From the IMG/VR virus record IMGVR_UViG_3300049004_000016, positions 32,001 to 96,000 of that record: a DNA stretch of 64,000 nt. One strand, given 5' to 3'. The notes under the pieces are model-generated. The model ran no database searches. It saw only the letters and a list, made by a program, of their open reading frames with translations, and was not told where the DNA came from. Made by a program: the position numbers and the translations under genes. This DNA comes from a virus. Its lineage: Duplodnaviria; Caudoviricetes. This document shows positions 17,391 through 28,646 of the stretch, in pieces (positions within the stretch are counted from its first letter, which is position 1; each line of letters begins with the position of its first letter).

Positions 17391-18212
17391 ATGGTGTCTC
17401 CACGCAGACTGCTAGGCGGAGCTGCTGTCGGCTCCGCTGTTGTGATCTTGTCCGCGATGCTGTCCGGCTCGGCTGTCGCCGCCGCTGACCCGCCAGGTTG
17501 CAGCAACGAGAACGCCGGTGCTGCCGGTCAGACCCTGACCAACTGCGGTAGTGGCCTGCTGCACCTGGGTGTCCACCTGCCGCCGGTGCATGTCGGTGCC
17601 AACGTGAACGTGCCGAGCTGCCCGGACGCCACTGCCGCGCTGGTCGAGGCGCACGTGATCGTCGGTGGGACCAACGGCAAGGCTGGGACGTCGCGGCGCC
17701 TGGCTGATGCTGAGGCAGCGAACGCGGCAGCGATGAAGAACCTCGACGTGATCGCGAAGCAGTACTACCCGGTGCGCGACGCGGCGACCGCAGCGACCGA
17801 CGCTCTGACCAAGTACGACGCCACCCACGGCGCCAAGGGCCAAGACCCGGTGGACCCGATCGCCCACGCATCTCTGGTCACGGAGCGTGATCACGCAGCG
17901 GCGACGCTCAAGACCGTGGGGCAGCAGTTCTTCGACGCCACCTCAGCGGTCTACGGCCCCAACGGCACCAAGGCCAACCTGGAGACGTGCCGCAAAGCTG
18001 AGGGCACCGCAGAGCAAGGTGTCGTAGACGCCGAGGTCGTCATCGGACAGGCGTGCAAGACACACCCCGTCCCCCCACCGGCCGCCGCGCCACCAGCACC
18101 AGAGGCACCACCCGAGCAGGGCCCATCGGTGATCATCTATCCGGGAACGCCCGGCCAGCCACCGACCGCCGATAGCCAGACCGTGGTAACTCACCTCCCG
18201 GTGACCGGCTAG
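17391..18212 (+). CDS. Secreted protein ending in LPVTG
   Basis: Signal peptide, helical body, Pro-rich tail. Confidence 0.7.
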   Translation: MVSPRRLLGGAAVGSAVVILSAMLSGSAVAAADPPGCSNENAGAAGQTLTNCGSGLLHLGVHLPPVHVGANVNVPSCPDATAALVEAHVIVGGTNGKAGTSRRLADAEAANAAAMKNLDVIAKQYYPVRDAATAATDALTKYDATHGAKGQDPVDPIAHASLVTERDHAAATLKTVGQQFFDATSAVYGPNGTKANLETCRKAEGTAEQGVVDAEVVIGQACKTHPVPPPAAAPPAPEAPPEQGPSVIIYPGTPGQPPTADSQTVVTHLPVTG

Positions 18213-18600
18213 GCCGTTTGCTCCCCGCCCGGTGGCCCCTACTTCCGAGGGGGGTCACCGGGTCTCGGGATACCGGCCTGATGGACCGGGTCACACCCCA
18301 GACAGCACACGCACCGGCAGCCGGAGCGGAACCCCCAGAGCGTCCCGTGGGCGACACCAGCAACGAACCCTGATAGCGGCTGCACGTGCATCTACGATCT
18401 CGCCTCCGTGGTGGGGGCACGAGAATACGTTCCAAGCACTGCCGGCGCCGCCGCAAGCGCGGACTGTGGCGTGTCGTCCAGGTCCTGGGGCTAGCCGCTG
18501 GACTCGCAGTGTGCGCGCTGCTGGTGGCCATGATCGTGGCCGGTCTGCTGATCGGGTTGTTCGCTCTAGCGTTCGGTTAAGGACCCACTAAGGTGCCCCG

Positions 18601-18918
18601 GTGCATGAATCACCGTCCGGTGATCTTGAGGCGCGGGTCGAAGAATTGGAGCGCAAGGTGGCGGAGCTGATCGCAACGTTGGAGCAGGCACAGGCAGCGG
18701 TTGATGAGCTGGAGTCGCTGGTCGACGCGAAGGACGCGGCCACGATCAGCGTCACAGCCGCGTTGACGGAGCGGGTCAAGGCCCTCACGGAGCGGGTCAA
18801 GGACACCACCCCCGGTAACGGTGCCGGTCCGGCTGTCTCCGACAACCCCACCACCACGAGCTCTGATGGTGCCGCACTCGACACCGGCACACCGTGGAGA
18901 AGTGGATCTATCCTGTAG
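18601..18918 (+). CDS. Coiled-coil hypothetical protein
   Basis: Heptad pattern LEARVEELERKVAEL. Confidence 0.55.
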   Translation: MHESPSGDLEARVEELERKVAELIATLEQAQAAVDELESLVDAKDAATISVTAALTERVKALTERVKDTTPGNGAGPAVSDNPTTTSSDGAALDTGTPWRSGSIL

Positions 18919-18936
18919 CAACCGAGGAGGCACCCG

Positions 18937-19092
18937 ATGATCGTTCTAGGTTTGATCCTGCTGGTGGTCGGATGGCTGTTGCCGATCTCACTCCTGGTCA
19001 CACTGGGCATTATCTTGATCGTCGTCGGGGTAATCCTGGAGATCATGGGAACCATGGGGCGTCCCGTTGGCGGTCGCCGCCACTACTACTGA
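18937..19092 (+). CDS. Small membrane protein (DUF6131-like; not in ORF track)
   Basis: MIVLGLILLVVG...GRPVGGRRHYY with GAGGAGG RBS. Confidence 0.75.
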   Translation: MIVLGLILLVVGWLLPISLLVTLGIILIVVGVILEIMGTMGRPVGGRRHYY

Positions 19093-19103
19093 GGACGGCC
19101 TGA

Positions 19104-19394
19104 ATGAGTGATCTGCCACCGGGATGGGACAAGACGTTGACCGCAGCGAAACGCAAAATGACCGGCCAGCAGGAACCGACTGTCGGCCGGGCGGTCCACT
19201 ACGTCGCCCACGGCACCACGGACTGCGTCGCAGCGATCATCACGAAGGTCTTCCCCGATCCCACCGATGGGCCACCGATCGGGCGGTGTGAACTGGTGGT
19301 GTTCAGCAGTGACCGGCCGTCGCCGCTGTACCGAAACGCCGACCTGGTGGCCACCGGGTCGGTTGACTCCTGGCACTGGCCGACCATCACGTAA
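19104..19394 (+). CDS. Hypothetical phage protein
   Basis: PTVGRAVHYV...AAIITKV...WHWP pattern common in phages. Confidence 0.7.
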   Translation: MSDLPPGWDKTLTAAKRKMTGQQEPTVGRAVHYVAHGTTDCVAAIITKVFPDPTDGPPIGRCELVVFSSDRPSPLYRNADLVATGSVDSWHWPTIT

Positions 19395-19414
19395 GCGAGA
19401 GGATTTCGGGGCAA

Positions 19415-19828
19415 GTGGGGCAGGTAGCGACGTTCGCGTGTGCAGTGATCTTGTTTGTGCTGGCTGGGATGGCGGTGCTGGCGTGGACCGACCCCGACCG
19501 CAAGCGCCGGCACCGACCTGGGGTCACGCTCGACACCGAGTACAACATCCGCCCGGTGGCCCAAATGCCACGGCAACCGGCCACCCCGAGCCACGCCACC
19601 CAGGTGATCCGTAGCCGAGGGCTGCCAGCCGGGTACGACCCGCCGACCACCATGCTCCGTCCCGCGCCGCGCGGTTACGTCGCATCGGACGGCCGACCGG
19701 AACCGCTGACCCCACCGCGCGCACCGTCCGGGGTGTCCCGCCCCTACGTCGCGCCGGTGCCGTCCCAGGCGAGCCGGGTCCACGACCGGTTCCACTGCCC
19801 CGGCTGCATGTGCGGACACCGCACCTAA
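19415..19828 (+). CDS. Membrane-anchored Pro-rich protein
   Basis: N-terminal TM segment and C-terminal CPGC. Confidence 0.5.
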   Translation: MGQVATFACAVILFVLAGMAVLAWTDPDRKRRHRPGVTLDTEYNIRPVAQMPRQPATPSHATQVIRSRGLPAGYDPPTTMLRPAPRGYVASDGRPEPLTPPRAPSGVSRPYVAPVPSQASRVHDRFHCPGCMCGHRT

Positions 19829-19891
19829 CACGCCTGTCGCGGAATGCCACCGATCGGTCACACGTAGTCATTCGTGCCGTTCGTCCCGTAA

Positions 19892-20655
<764 letters not shown>

Positions 20656-20656
<1 letters not shown>

Positions 20657-21354
20657 TGGCCGGTAAGCACCGCGCACCGTCCCCGTTCCGACCTAAGGTG
20701 CCCCGGTTCGCTGTCGGTGCCGTCGCCGCGTCGGTGGCGTTGACCGCAGTGTCATCCACGGTGATGCCGATGGCGACCATGGAGCCGATACCGCAACCGA
20801 CCGTCCCCGCACCCGCGCCGGTGCTGCTGTTGGAGATGCCACCGTGGACCACGTCGCTGGCCGCGCTGTACCTGCCCCACCTCGACACCCCACCCGTGGT
20901 GCACCCAGTGACCCTGGCCGCTGACACCCATCCCACCGACGCGCCCCACCAGACCAAGCACCCCGAGCCGGTCACCGTCAAGGCCGCTGGTGTCGCTGGT
21001 GGGCTCGCCGCCCGCGCCATCACCGCAGCCATGGGCCAGCAAGGTGTCCCCTACGTCTACGGCGGCAACACACCCGGTGGTGGCCTGGACTGCTCATCGC
21101 TGGTCCAGTACGCCTACCGCACCGCCGGCATCACCCTGCCGCGCACCGCCGGTGCCCAAGCCTCGATGGGTCGCACCGTCAGCCTGGCCGACATCCAGCC
21201 CGGTGATCTCCTGTACTTCTACAGCCCGATCACGCACGTCGCGATGGCACTCGGAGGCGGCAAGATCATCGAAGCCAGCCAGCCCGGCCACCCCATCGCG
21301 GTCCGGTCGCTGTACACCAACGGCCTGGCACTGATCAAACGCCTCATCGGGTGA
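20656..21354 (+). CDS. Secreted NlpC/P60 (C40) peptidoglycan endopeptidase
   Basis: GVPYVYGG..GLDCSSLV, LPRT..Q, PGDLLYF..HV. Translationally coupled to rpf. Confidence 0.93.
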
Positions 21355-21359
21355 CAGCG

Positions 21360-21605
21360 TCAGAACGCCACCACCAGGCCGGTTTCCCTCCTGATGTCAG
21401 CCAGCGCCTTATGCCTGACCCGACCGCAGCTCTCACCGCCGGAGACGAAGGCGACTCGGCTGGGACTCCTGGGGTTGGTCACCCTGAAATGCCCGTTAGC
21501 TGTCAAGGTGTACTGCCCGCCAGCGTCGGTGATGGCTCTCGCCAACTTCCTGGAGTAGCTGTTCTGGAACTTCCGGCCTGCTCGACGTTTGCCCATGCAC
21601 AGCAT
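21360..21605 (-). CDS. HicA-like small basic protein
   Basis: Helix-(GHFRV) beta-sheet-helix pattern of about 75 aa. Confidence 0.5.
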   Translation of the reverse strand: MLCMGKRRAGRKFQNSYSRKLARAITDAGGQYTLTANGHFRVTNPRSPSRVAFVSGGESCGRVRHKALADIRRETGLVVAF

Positions 21606-21949
21606 GATCCCACGAGAAACACAGGTCAGTAACAGTGACGAAGGAACAACACTGGGGTCTGCGTATCACTGATCGGCTCCTGCACACCAGCCACGTCATC
21701 GACTACGGACCCAACCAGGCCGACGCCGTCAACGACACCCACATCCCACGCCGCGACTTCATGTCCGTCGAGCTGATGGCACGCACCGCGACCTACACAG
21801 AGTGGGAAACCGCCCCTTCCCAGGAGCGGCCACCACTCAACGGCTGACCAACACCACCAGCGCCATCGCAACCATCACCAGCGGAACCACACTGACCACC
21901 ACAATCCTGTTCAACAACCTGCGTCCCATGATCGTTTCCTCCTGGCCTG

Positions 21950-22258
21950 TCAGTTGGGGTAGCTGGTGAAGTTCACCGCGTTGGCCGGTGCGCCGGTCAC
22001 GTCGCCACAAATCTTCTCGGTCGGCAAGCTGGCCTTGACCTCATCCCAGCACCCCAACCCACTCACCGGCCGGTGCTGCCCAATCGCGAACAAGTGCCCC
22101 ACCGTGGCCACGATCCCGTCCCACAGTCCCCGCACCAGCTCCGTCGCGAAGCTCACCACCGCCGGACCGTAAGCCAAGATCAACGCCCCCGCGATGGTGG
22201 TCACAACCACAGGCAGTACGTAGGTGGTGGCGTTCCGGCGAATGGTGTTGGCGTTCAT
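21950..22258 (-). CDS. Hypothetical membrane protein
   Basis: Own GTAAC-N18-GAT promoter, GACACG leader and GGGAG RBS. Confidence 0.65.
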   Translation of the reverse strand: MNANTIRRNATTYVLPVVVTTIAGALILAYGPAVVSFATELVRGLWDGIVATVGHLFAIGQHRPVSGLGCWDEVKASLPTEKICGDVTGAPANAVNFTSYPN

Positions 22259-22305
22259 GACTGGCTCCCTAGTTCGTGTCGGCCGGTGTTGGCCTCTCAC
22301 TCCCT

Positions 22306-22334
22306 ATATCGCCCGCCCGACCTGCGGTGTTACA
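22306..22334 (-). promoter_or_regulatory. GTAAC-N18-GATA promoter-like motif (copy 5)
   Basis: Reverse strand TGTAAC accgcaggtcgggcgggc GATATA. Confidence 0.65.
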
Positions 22335-22632
22335 CATCCCCGAAAACGGTCCGGCCCGGTGACCGCAACGCCGCCAACCGCACCGCCAACGCGTGCTTCT
22401 CCACCCGCGTCAACGCATCCACCGGGTCCTCCAGAGACCCCCACACCACATCCCGCATCACCCGCTCCGCCCGCCACACATCCACACCCTGCACCAGCAA
22501 CGACACCTCCAACCGCCCCAACATCCCCCGCGCCCACTTCACCTGGGTGTGAAACAACGGGTCACGCATATAAGCCTCACCCGCCCCAAACACCGTCACC
22601 AAGTACTCCTCGATCAACCTCTCCGCGATCAC
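22330..22632 (-). CDS. Hypothetical protein
   Basis: GAGGAGG RBS before GTG. Confidence 0.55.
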   Translation of the reverse strand: MIAERLIEEYLVTVFGAGEAYMRDPLFHTQVKWARGMLGRLEVSLLVQGVDVWRAERVMRDVVWGSLEDPVDALTRVEKHALAVRLAALRSPGRTVFGDV

Positions 22633-22697
22633 CCGAACCTCCTCGCGTCAACAGCACCGACACCACAGCTCACCACGGCATGACCAGGAGGTTCGCC

Positions 22698-23321
22698 ATG
22701 AGCACCACGCGCGTGAAAAACGGGCACCGGTTGTGCGCCGCGAAGGCCAAACACGGGCGTGGTTTGTGCGGTGGCTGGGCCCTCAAAGGGTCGGATTATT
22801 GCGATGACCATTTGATCAACCCCGAGGCTAGGAGGAGGGCTGCTGTGCGCGCTGAGTTGGAGCGGTGGGGTCTCGGTGACACCACCATTGATCCTGGTGA
22901 GGTGCTGTTGCGCCTGGTCAGCCAGTCAGCGAACCGCGCGGAGTTCTTGTCGGGGTTGCTGGAGGAGCAGTACCGGCGTGTGGAGTCCGGTGAGTCGACT
23001 ACGACGTTGCCGGCGCGCCTGTCGGTGTTCGTTGGTCGGACGTTCGCCCTGAACCGCAATGGTGAGCCGGTGCCGGTCGCGGAGGCGATCCGTGCCCTGG
23101 TGCAGCTTGAGGGTGAGGAGCGGGATCGGTGCGCGAACTTCGCCGCTAAGGCCGTGGCCGCTGGTTTGGCTGAGCGTCAGGTGCGTCTCGCCGAGCGGCA
23201 GGGGGAGATGATGGCTGAGGTCCTTCGGGCAGTGCTCGGCGATGAGGCGCTGGGTTTGTCTGAGGCGCAGGTCGCGATGGTGCCGGTGTTGCTGAGGGAG
23301 CACCTGGCGATCGCGTCTTGA
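22698..23321 (+). CDS. Putative terminase small subunit-like protein with N-terminal Zn-finger
   Basis: C.A.....C...A..G...C..H followed by helical ERDR..AGLAERQVRLAE. AGGAGG RBS. Confidence 0.55.
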   Translation: MSTTRVKNGHRLCAAKAKHGRGLCGGWALKGSDYCDDHLINPEARRRAAVRAELERWGLGDTTIDPGEVLLRLVSQSANRAEFLSGLLEEQYRRVESGESTTTLPARLSVFVGRTFALNRNGEPVPVAEAIRALVQLEGEERDRCANFAAKAVAAGLAERQVRLAERQGEMMAEVLRAVLGDEALGLSEAQVAMVPVLLREHLAIAS

Positions 23322-23358
23322 TGGTTGCCCACCGGGGCTAGCCGTTAGAACGGGCCAC

Positions 23359-26300
23359 CTAGCTGCTGGTGGACAGTTGCACCGCACCGTGGGTCTTGAT
23401 CAGGTCGATCAGTTCCTTGGTCTGGTCGTACAACGGCCCGGACGCCGCCACGGCGAGGACACCACGCAAGAACGGCAGCATGGTCTTGTCGATGCTGATC
23501 CAGTCGGAGCTCAACGACCCGTCGTGGTTGAACACTTCACGGGCGATCACGTACTTGAGTTGGTCGCCGAGCCGGTTGCCTTCCGGGACGTTGGGCACTG
23601 GCCGCCAGTACAGGTTGGTGCTCATCGGTGGTTCTCCCCGGCCACGCACCTAGCGTTGGTGCACACCCCGGTGTCGGGCAGCGGTTGTCGGCACACGCAG
23701 CAGTCCACACCGAGTAGCCCCGGCAACCCCAGGGACGTCAGGTACCGGTGGCGTTCGGTCGCGTAGGAGTTGAGCCGCCGGGCGGTGCCAGCGGTGCCTT
23801 CGGTGCTGGTGTCGTTCACAGTGCCTGCCCCGTCTGCCGTCCGAATCCAACCCGGCGGTGCCGGCCAAGGTGGTCCAGGCCAACCCGTAGCGCACCGGGC
23901 TGCCCACCGGGGGACCAGTCGTTGGCGCCGCACAACGGCACCCGGCATGACCAGTACCAGGTGCCGGAGCTTGGGTCTTTGTACACGGTCAGTGGCCGCA
24001 CGGTGGTCGTTCCTCTTCCTGGCCGGTGCCGAAGTCCACGGGGCCCATGATGATGCTGTCGGGGTCCACGCCATACAACTCGGCGAGACGCCGCGTGCAC
24101 AGTGTCATCAGCGCCGCCAGGTTGCGTTGCGCCCCGGCGTCAACGTTGACGGTGCACACGGTCTCACCGCCCCGGTCGTTCACCGATGATGCACTCACAG
24201 CCACGGCAGTCCCAGATCAGCAGCCCACCGAACACCCACCGGATGTGGCCTAGCCACGGGTGCCCACAGGTGCAGTGGAGCGGTTGGCTGGTCATCGTTG
24301 ACGCCCTGCTGGTCGTAGGCATATGTCGAGGATGGCGAACGAGTCGCGCCGGACTAGGACACCGTCGCCATCATCGTTGATAGCCACCAGCGCCCACTGG
24401 TCACGGCCGACCAGACACGGCACCTTGACCCGGAATGCCTCTCTGGTGGCGTCGTCCGCGAACGTGGTTGTGATGTGGAAAGACCCGGAGAACCCCAGGT
24501 CAGCGAACGCCTTGGGCACCTCAATGGTCACGACAACCCGCTCCCCGTCCACACCCTGGGTAGCGGTTCCGGCCCGTCATAGCTCAGGCACGGGCACGGC
24601 ACCCACTCATGACCGTTGCGGCTGCCGTTCGACCAGTAGTGGGGGCGCTCGATTTGCGCCGCGCACTTCTTCCCTTCCTCGTGGATGCCATACCCGTGGG
24701 TGCAGGAACACACTGCGACCTCTGGGGTTACTGATGTCTGCGTCCTCCTGGTCTGACGGCCGGTGACCCATCCCGCTAGGGCTAGGGCGCCACCTACACC
24801 GAGGGTGATCGGATCGAACATGGTCAGCCCTTCCCCACCCGCTCAGCCAGCCGGGCAGCGAACTGGTCGAACGTCTCACCGTCGCTGTGCCGGTCATCAT
24901 CGGTGACCACGATCCGCAGGAAGCTGGTTTCCTTGCCCGTGGTCCACCCGATGCCGTAGAACTGCTCCGCCAACACCAGCAGCACATCAGCCGTGCCCGG
25001 TGTGGCCTCGGTCGCTGGCACGTACCGGACACCATCGATGACCACCACCGGCCGCTTCACTGCCATGGCCGTTTCCTTCGCTCTAGCCAAGGTCGCGGCG
25101 TCGCGCTCAGCGTCGGCCTGTGGTTGCATGGCGCGGTCCAGGTCGCGTAACTCTTCCGGGACCTGATGGTCTGTCACTGGTCAGCCCTCCGTTGGTTGGT
25201 GGCCTAGAACAGCGGTGCCTTGACGTACTCATTACCGTCGCGCACCAAACGGTCACGACTGGTCGCGATCCGCCCGTTGCGCCGCTCAAACGCCGCCAAC
25301 GCAGCGACGGTCCCACCGGGGTCTTCCTCATAGTCCCTGGCAGGGTCGGTGGGGAGGAGGAAGTTAAGCAGTCTCATGATCGAAGTCTCCTTAGAATAGT
25401 GGTGTCTTCTCATCCGGGGGTGCGAAGACGCCCGGTCAAGGTGAGGGGGCTGCGGCCATCTTTTGTTTCCACCCCTGGGGCGGAGGGGCGGCACGACTGA
25501 TTCCCGCTACATTCGGGCTCTCCGCAGTACCCGCAACTGGAATTGGAATTGCTGCCCCCGGATGGCGTAAACGGCCACATGGTCATTCCCTTCCTTCGGT
25601 TTGGGTTCGTAGTTCCTGACAACGTGCCTGGTCATGGACCCTGACAACGATGTTGCAGACCCCGTCCTCAACGTCACCGGATACGACCTCCACCCACCGC
25701 TTCCACGTATCAGCCGGGTCGCCATCACGGGTGGATTCCAGGACCACGATCCGGGTACCGCAGCACTCACACTGCTGGTGGAGGCCGTCTGACCACGACC
25801 CCCACACCAGCAGTGACCGGCCGCGCGCGTCTGCCCCCGCCCATCTGTCTTGGAGGAACTGCCACGCGGCTGCGGTGATCATTAGTCCTTCATCAAGTCC
25901 GCGTCGGACGTCCTGGACATCAAATCGTGGACGCCTTCCAGGGCTGCCCGGTTTTCGTCGGTCACCACGATTTCCTGCTCATCTGCCATTGCCTTCTCCT
26001 TTCCTGTCATCCATCTCTGGGCCTGCTCACACCGGGTGCACCGGTTGCAGGTGTCTATGCCGGTCGGTTCGTTCTCCAGGTGGTCATCGATGGTGATGAA
26101 CGACCCGCACACGGTCCGTCCCACCTCGGTGTTCTCCTGGTTACGTGGCCGGTGCCGGTCGTCACGGAGTAGGTGGCTGGTCAGCCATCGTTGCTTCTTC
26201 ACCCACCGCCCGCCCATCACCGGCCGCCGGATTCTGGTCGCGGGTGGACACGGTCAACGGACACCAGGCACGGCTCGAACTGGATCTCCACCAGCGGGTT

Positions 26301-26638
26301 GGTCGGTGTCGAGACCTTGGTGACGGTGGCGAACCCGAAAGGCGCGGTGTCGTCGTAGCGGTCTTCCGAGATCCACACCCGGTCGCCGGGCTTGAGCTGG
26401 CTCATGATCGGTTGCCGATCGACTGGACCAGCTTGACGTGGCTGACGCTCATACCGACGCGCCTGGCTACAGCGGTAGGCCCGTCGTCGGCTAGCAGCTT
26501 GAGGATCGCAGCGTCGCGTATGCGGTGTGCCTCGGTCCGCTTCTCGGCGATCTGTTCGTCGTACTGCTTGACTGCGGCCACCAGCTCCGCTGGATCGTCC
26601 AGTTCCCTGATCTTGTCAAGGGTCCACGGTGCGGTCAT
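23359..26638 (-). other. Inverted block of about 14 small coupled genes (e.g. 23359-23625, 23622-23819, 23816-24001, 23989-24159, 24164-24295, 24292-24552, 24528-24821, 24824-25177, 25204-25377, 25583-25882, 26217-26405)
   Basis: Chain of overlapping start/stop codons on the minus strand, many with CxxC or CxC motifs. Confidence 0.6.
26402..26638 (-). CDS. Small HTH transcriptional regulator heading the inverted block
   Basis: IRDAAI..L....GPTAVARRVGMSVSHV. Confidence 0.7.
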   Translation of the reverse strand: MTAPWTLDKIRELDDPAELVAAVKQYDEQIAEKRTEAHRIRDAAILKLLADDGPTAVARRVGMSVSHVKLVQSIGNRS

Positions 26639-26788
26639 CCGCTAACCATATACCCGATAGTCGGCTAACTCAACAACCGCCAGTGAGCTGGGCAAACGCC
26701 TCTTACCGGTGCCGGTCTCCCACGGGCCGGTGACCGCACGACGTAACGTGCACGCCGACACCGTCCATGCCCAACTTTGGAGGCCACA

Positions 26789-26944
26789 ATGCCTGGACTG
26801 ATCATCGGACTGCTGATCCTGTGGGCGATCGTCGCGATCATCGGTTTCGCGATCAAGGCCCTGCTGTGGCTGGCCATCGTCGGCTTGGTCTTCTTCGCCG
26901 TGACCATGATCGCCGGACTGATCGCCCACGCACGGAAGCGGTAA
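26789..26944 (+). CDS. Small two-TM membrane protein (not in ORF track)
   Basis: MPGLIIGLLILWAIVAIIGFAIKALLWLAIVGLVFF...HARKR with GGAGG RBS. Confidence 0.7.
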   Translation: MPGLIIGLLILWAIVAIIGFAIKALLWLAIVGLVFFAVTMIAGLIAHARKR

Positions 26945-26964
26945 CCCCGAGGAGTTGAGCGCGC

Positions 26965-27576
26965 ATGCCAGCACCACCAACACTGGAGATCACCTACTAC
27001 CCGGTGACCGATCTCCGCCCGTACTACCGCAACGCCCACAAGGGCAACACCGGCCGCATCCGTGGATCGTTGCGTGACCACCGCCAGTACAAAACGATCA
27101 CCGTCAATAAAGGAACCCACACCGGGCGCCCCAACGAGGTCCTGTGCGGCAACCACACCCTGGACGCCGCCGCCGCTGAGGGCTGGCCGACGCTGGGCGC
27201 GGTCACCATCGACGTCAGTGACGACGAAGCCGCCCAGATCAACCTGATCGACAACCCCCGCGCCGGCAACCCCCAGGACCTCGACTACGACGAACGCCTG
27301 CTGCTGGAGTTGCTGACCGGGCTGCCCAGTTTGGACGGCACCGGGTATGACCCCCACGACATCGCGAACCTGGCCGCGCTGCTCGACGAACCAGCGTGGG
27401 GCACCGGTGGTGGCGGGTCCGGTGGTGACCACGGTGAACCGGACGACACCCAGTTCTGGCCCCAGATCAAAATGCGTGTCCCCCCGGTGGTGTTCGACCA
27501 GTGGCGGACCCTGATCGACGGCTACGACGGCAAAGACGACATCGAGAAGCTGACCGCGATGCTGGCCGACCGGTGA
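26965..27576 (+). CDS. ParB/Srx-like N-terminal domain protein
   Basis: L.PY.RN..KG....I..SL....QY..I.V...VLCGNHT..AA...DN. Confidence 0.8.
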   Translation: MPAPPTLEITYYPVTDLRPYYRNAHKGNTGRIRGSLRDHRQYKTITVNKGTHTGRPNEVLCGNHTLDAAAAEGWPTLGAVTIDVSDDEAAQINLIDNPRAGNPQDLDYDERLLLELLTGLPSLDGTGYDPHDIANLAALLDEPAWGTGGGGSGGDHGEPDDTQFWPQIKMRVPPVVFDQWRTLIDGYDGKDDIEKLTAMLADR

Positions 27577-28646
27577 CGACACCCGTCCTGCCGGTGATGA
27601 ACATGCTGTGGTCCTACGTCTACGCCCGCAAGACCACACACCTGGACACGTTCCTCGGTGGGTTAGCGCCGCAACGGATGCGCGTGTTCGCTGACTCCGG
27701 TGCCCACTCCGCCCGCACCCTCGGTTTGCACCTCGACATTGACGACTACGGGCAGTGGCTGACCAAATGGCATGAGTGGTTCACGATCTACTGCAACCTC
27801 GACGTCATCGGTGGCCCCGAAGGCACCTGGCGTAACCAAATGCACCTGGAGCAACGCTTCAACCTCCACCCCATGCCGGTATTCCACACCGGTGAGGACT
27901 TCGACGTCTTGGAGCGCTACATCGACGCCGGGTACACCTACATCGCACTCGGGAAGCTGCTGGGCAACAGCGTCAAGGCCCTGCAACCGTGGCTGGCGAA
28001 AGCGTTCCGGGTCGCTGACGGGCGCGCGGTGTTCCACGGGTTCGGGATGACGGTGTGGCGGCTGCTGCTGGAGTTCCCGTTCTACTCCGTGGACTCCAGC
28101 TCCTGGGGTGCCGGCGTCAGGTACGGCAACATGCGGTTGTTCCACCGTGGCCGCTGGGTCCACATCCGGTTGCGTGACCTCGATGACGTCAAAGCCAACC
28201 GTGGTGTCCTCGACGCCTACCAGATCCCTTACCGGTCGTTGACTGGTGACGGGTATGACCGGGACATGGTCGCCGGTGCCTGTGCTGCCGCTATGTACCG
28301 CGCGGCGCGGTGGGTCGCGGACGTCCACGGGCATGTGGAGCTGCCACCCGGTAAGGGGTACCCGCCACCGAACCAGACGGAGAAGGTCCTGCCGGCCCAG
28401 GGTGACCCCGGTTTGCACACCTACCTCGCCGACACCGCCACCAAGGGCCACCAGCTCAACGCCGCCGGTGCTACGGGGTTCCACACCTACCTCGCGGACA
28501 CGCTGGCGATCGGGCATCAGCGCAACGCCCTGGGCGCTACGGGGTTCCACACGTATTTGGCGACGACTGGGGTGGTGGAGCACACCAGGCATTCCAGTGG
28601 GATGCCCCGCGCGGCCGACCCTGATGAGGTGGTGGCCCCGTGCTGA
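27573..28646 (+). CDS. dpdA: DpdA-like DNA 7-deazaguanine transglycosylase (TGT fold)
   Basis: FADSGAHS, NLDVIG, PVFHTGE, YIALG, HGFG, YSVDSSSW. Clustered with queD/queE/folE. Confidence 0.8.
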   Translation: MTTPVLPVMNMLWSYVYARKTTHLDTFLGGLAPQRMRVFADSGAHSARTLGLHLDIDDYGQWLTKWHEWFTIYCNLDVIGGPEGTWRNQMHLEQRFNLHPMPVFHTGEDFDVLERYIDAGYTYIALGKLLGNSVKALQPWLAKAFRVADGRAVFHGFGMTVWRLLLEFPFYSVDSSSWGAGVRYGNMRLFHRGRWVHIRLRDLDDVKANRGVLDAYQIPYRSLTGDGYDRDMVAGACAAAMYRAARWVADVHGHVELPPGKGYPPPNQTEKVLPAQGDPGLHTYLADTATKGHQLNAAGATGFHTYLADTLAIGHQRNALGATGFHTYLATTGVVEHTRHSSGMPRAADPDEVVAPC

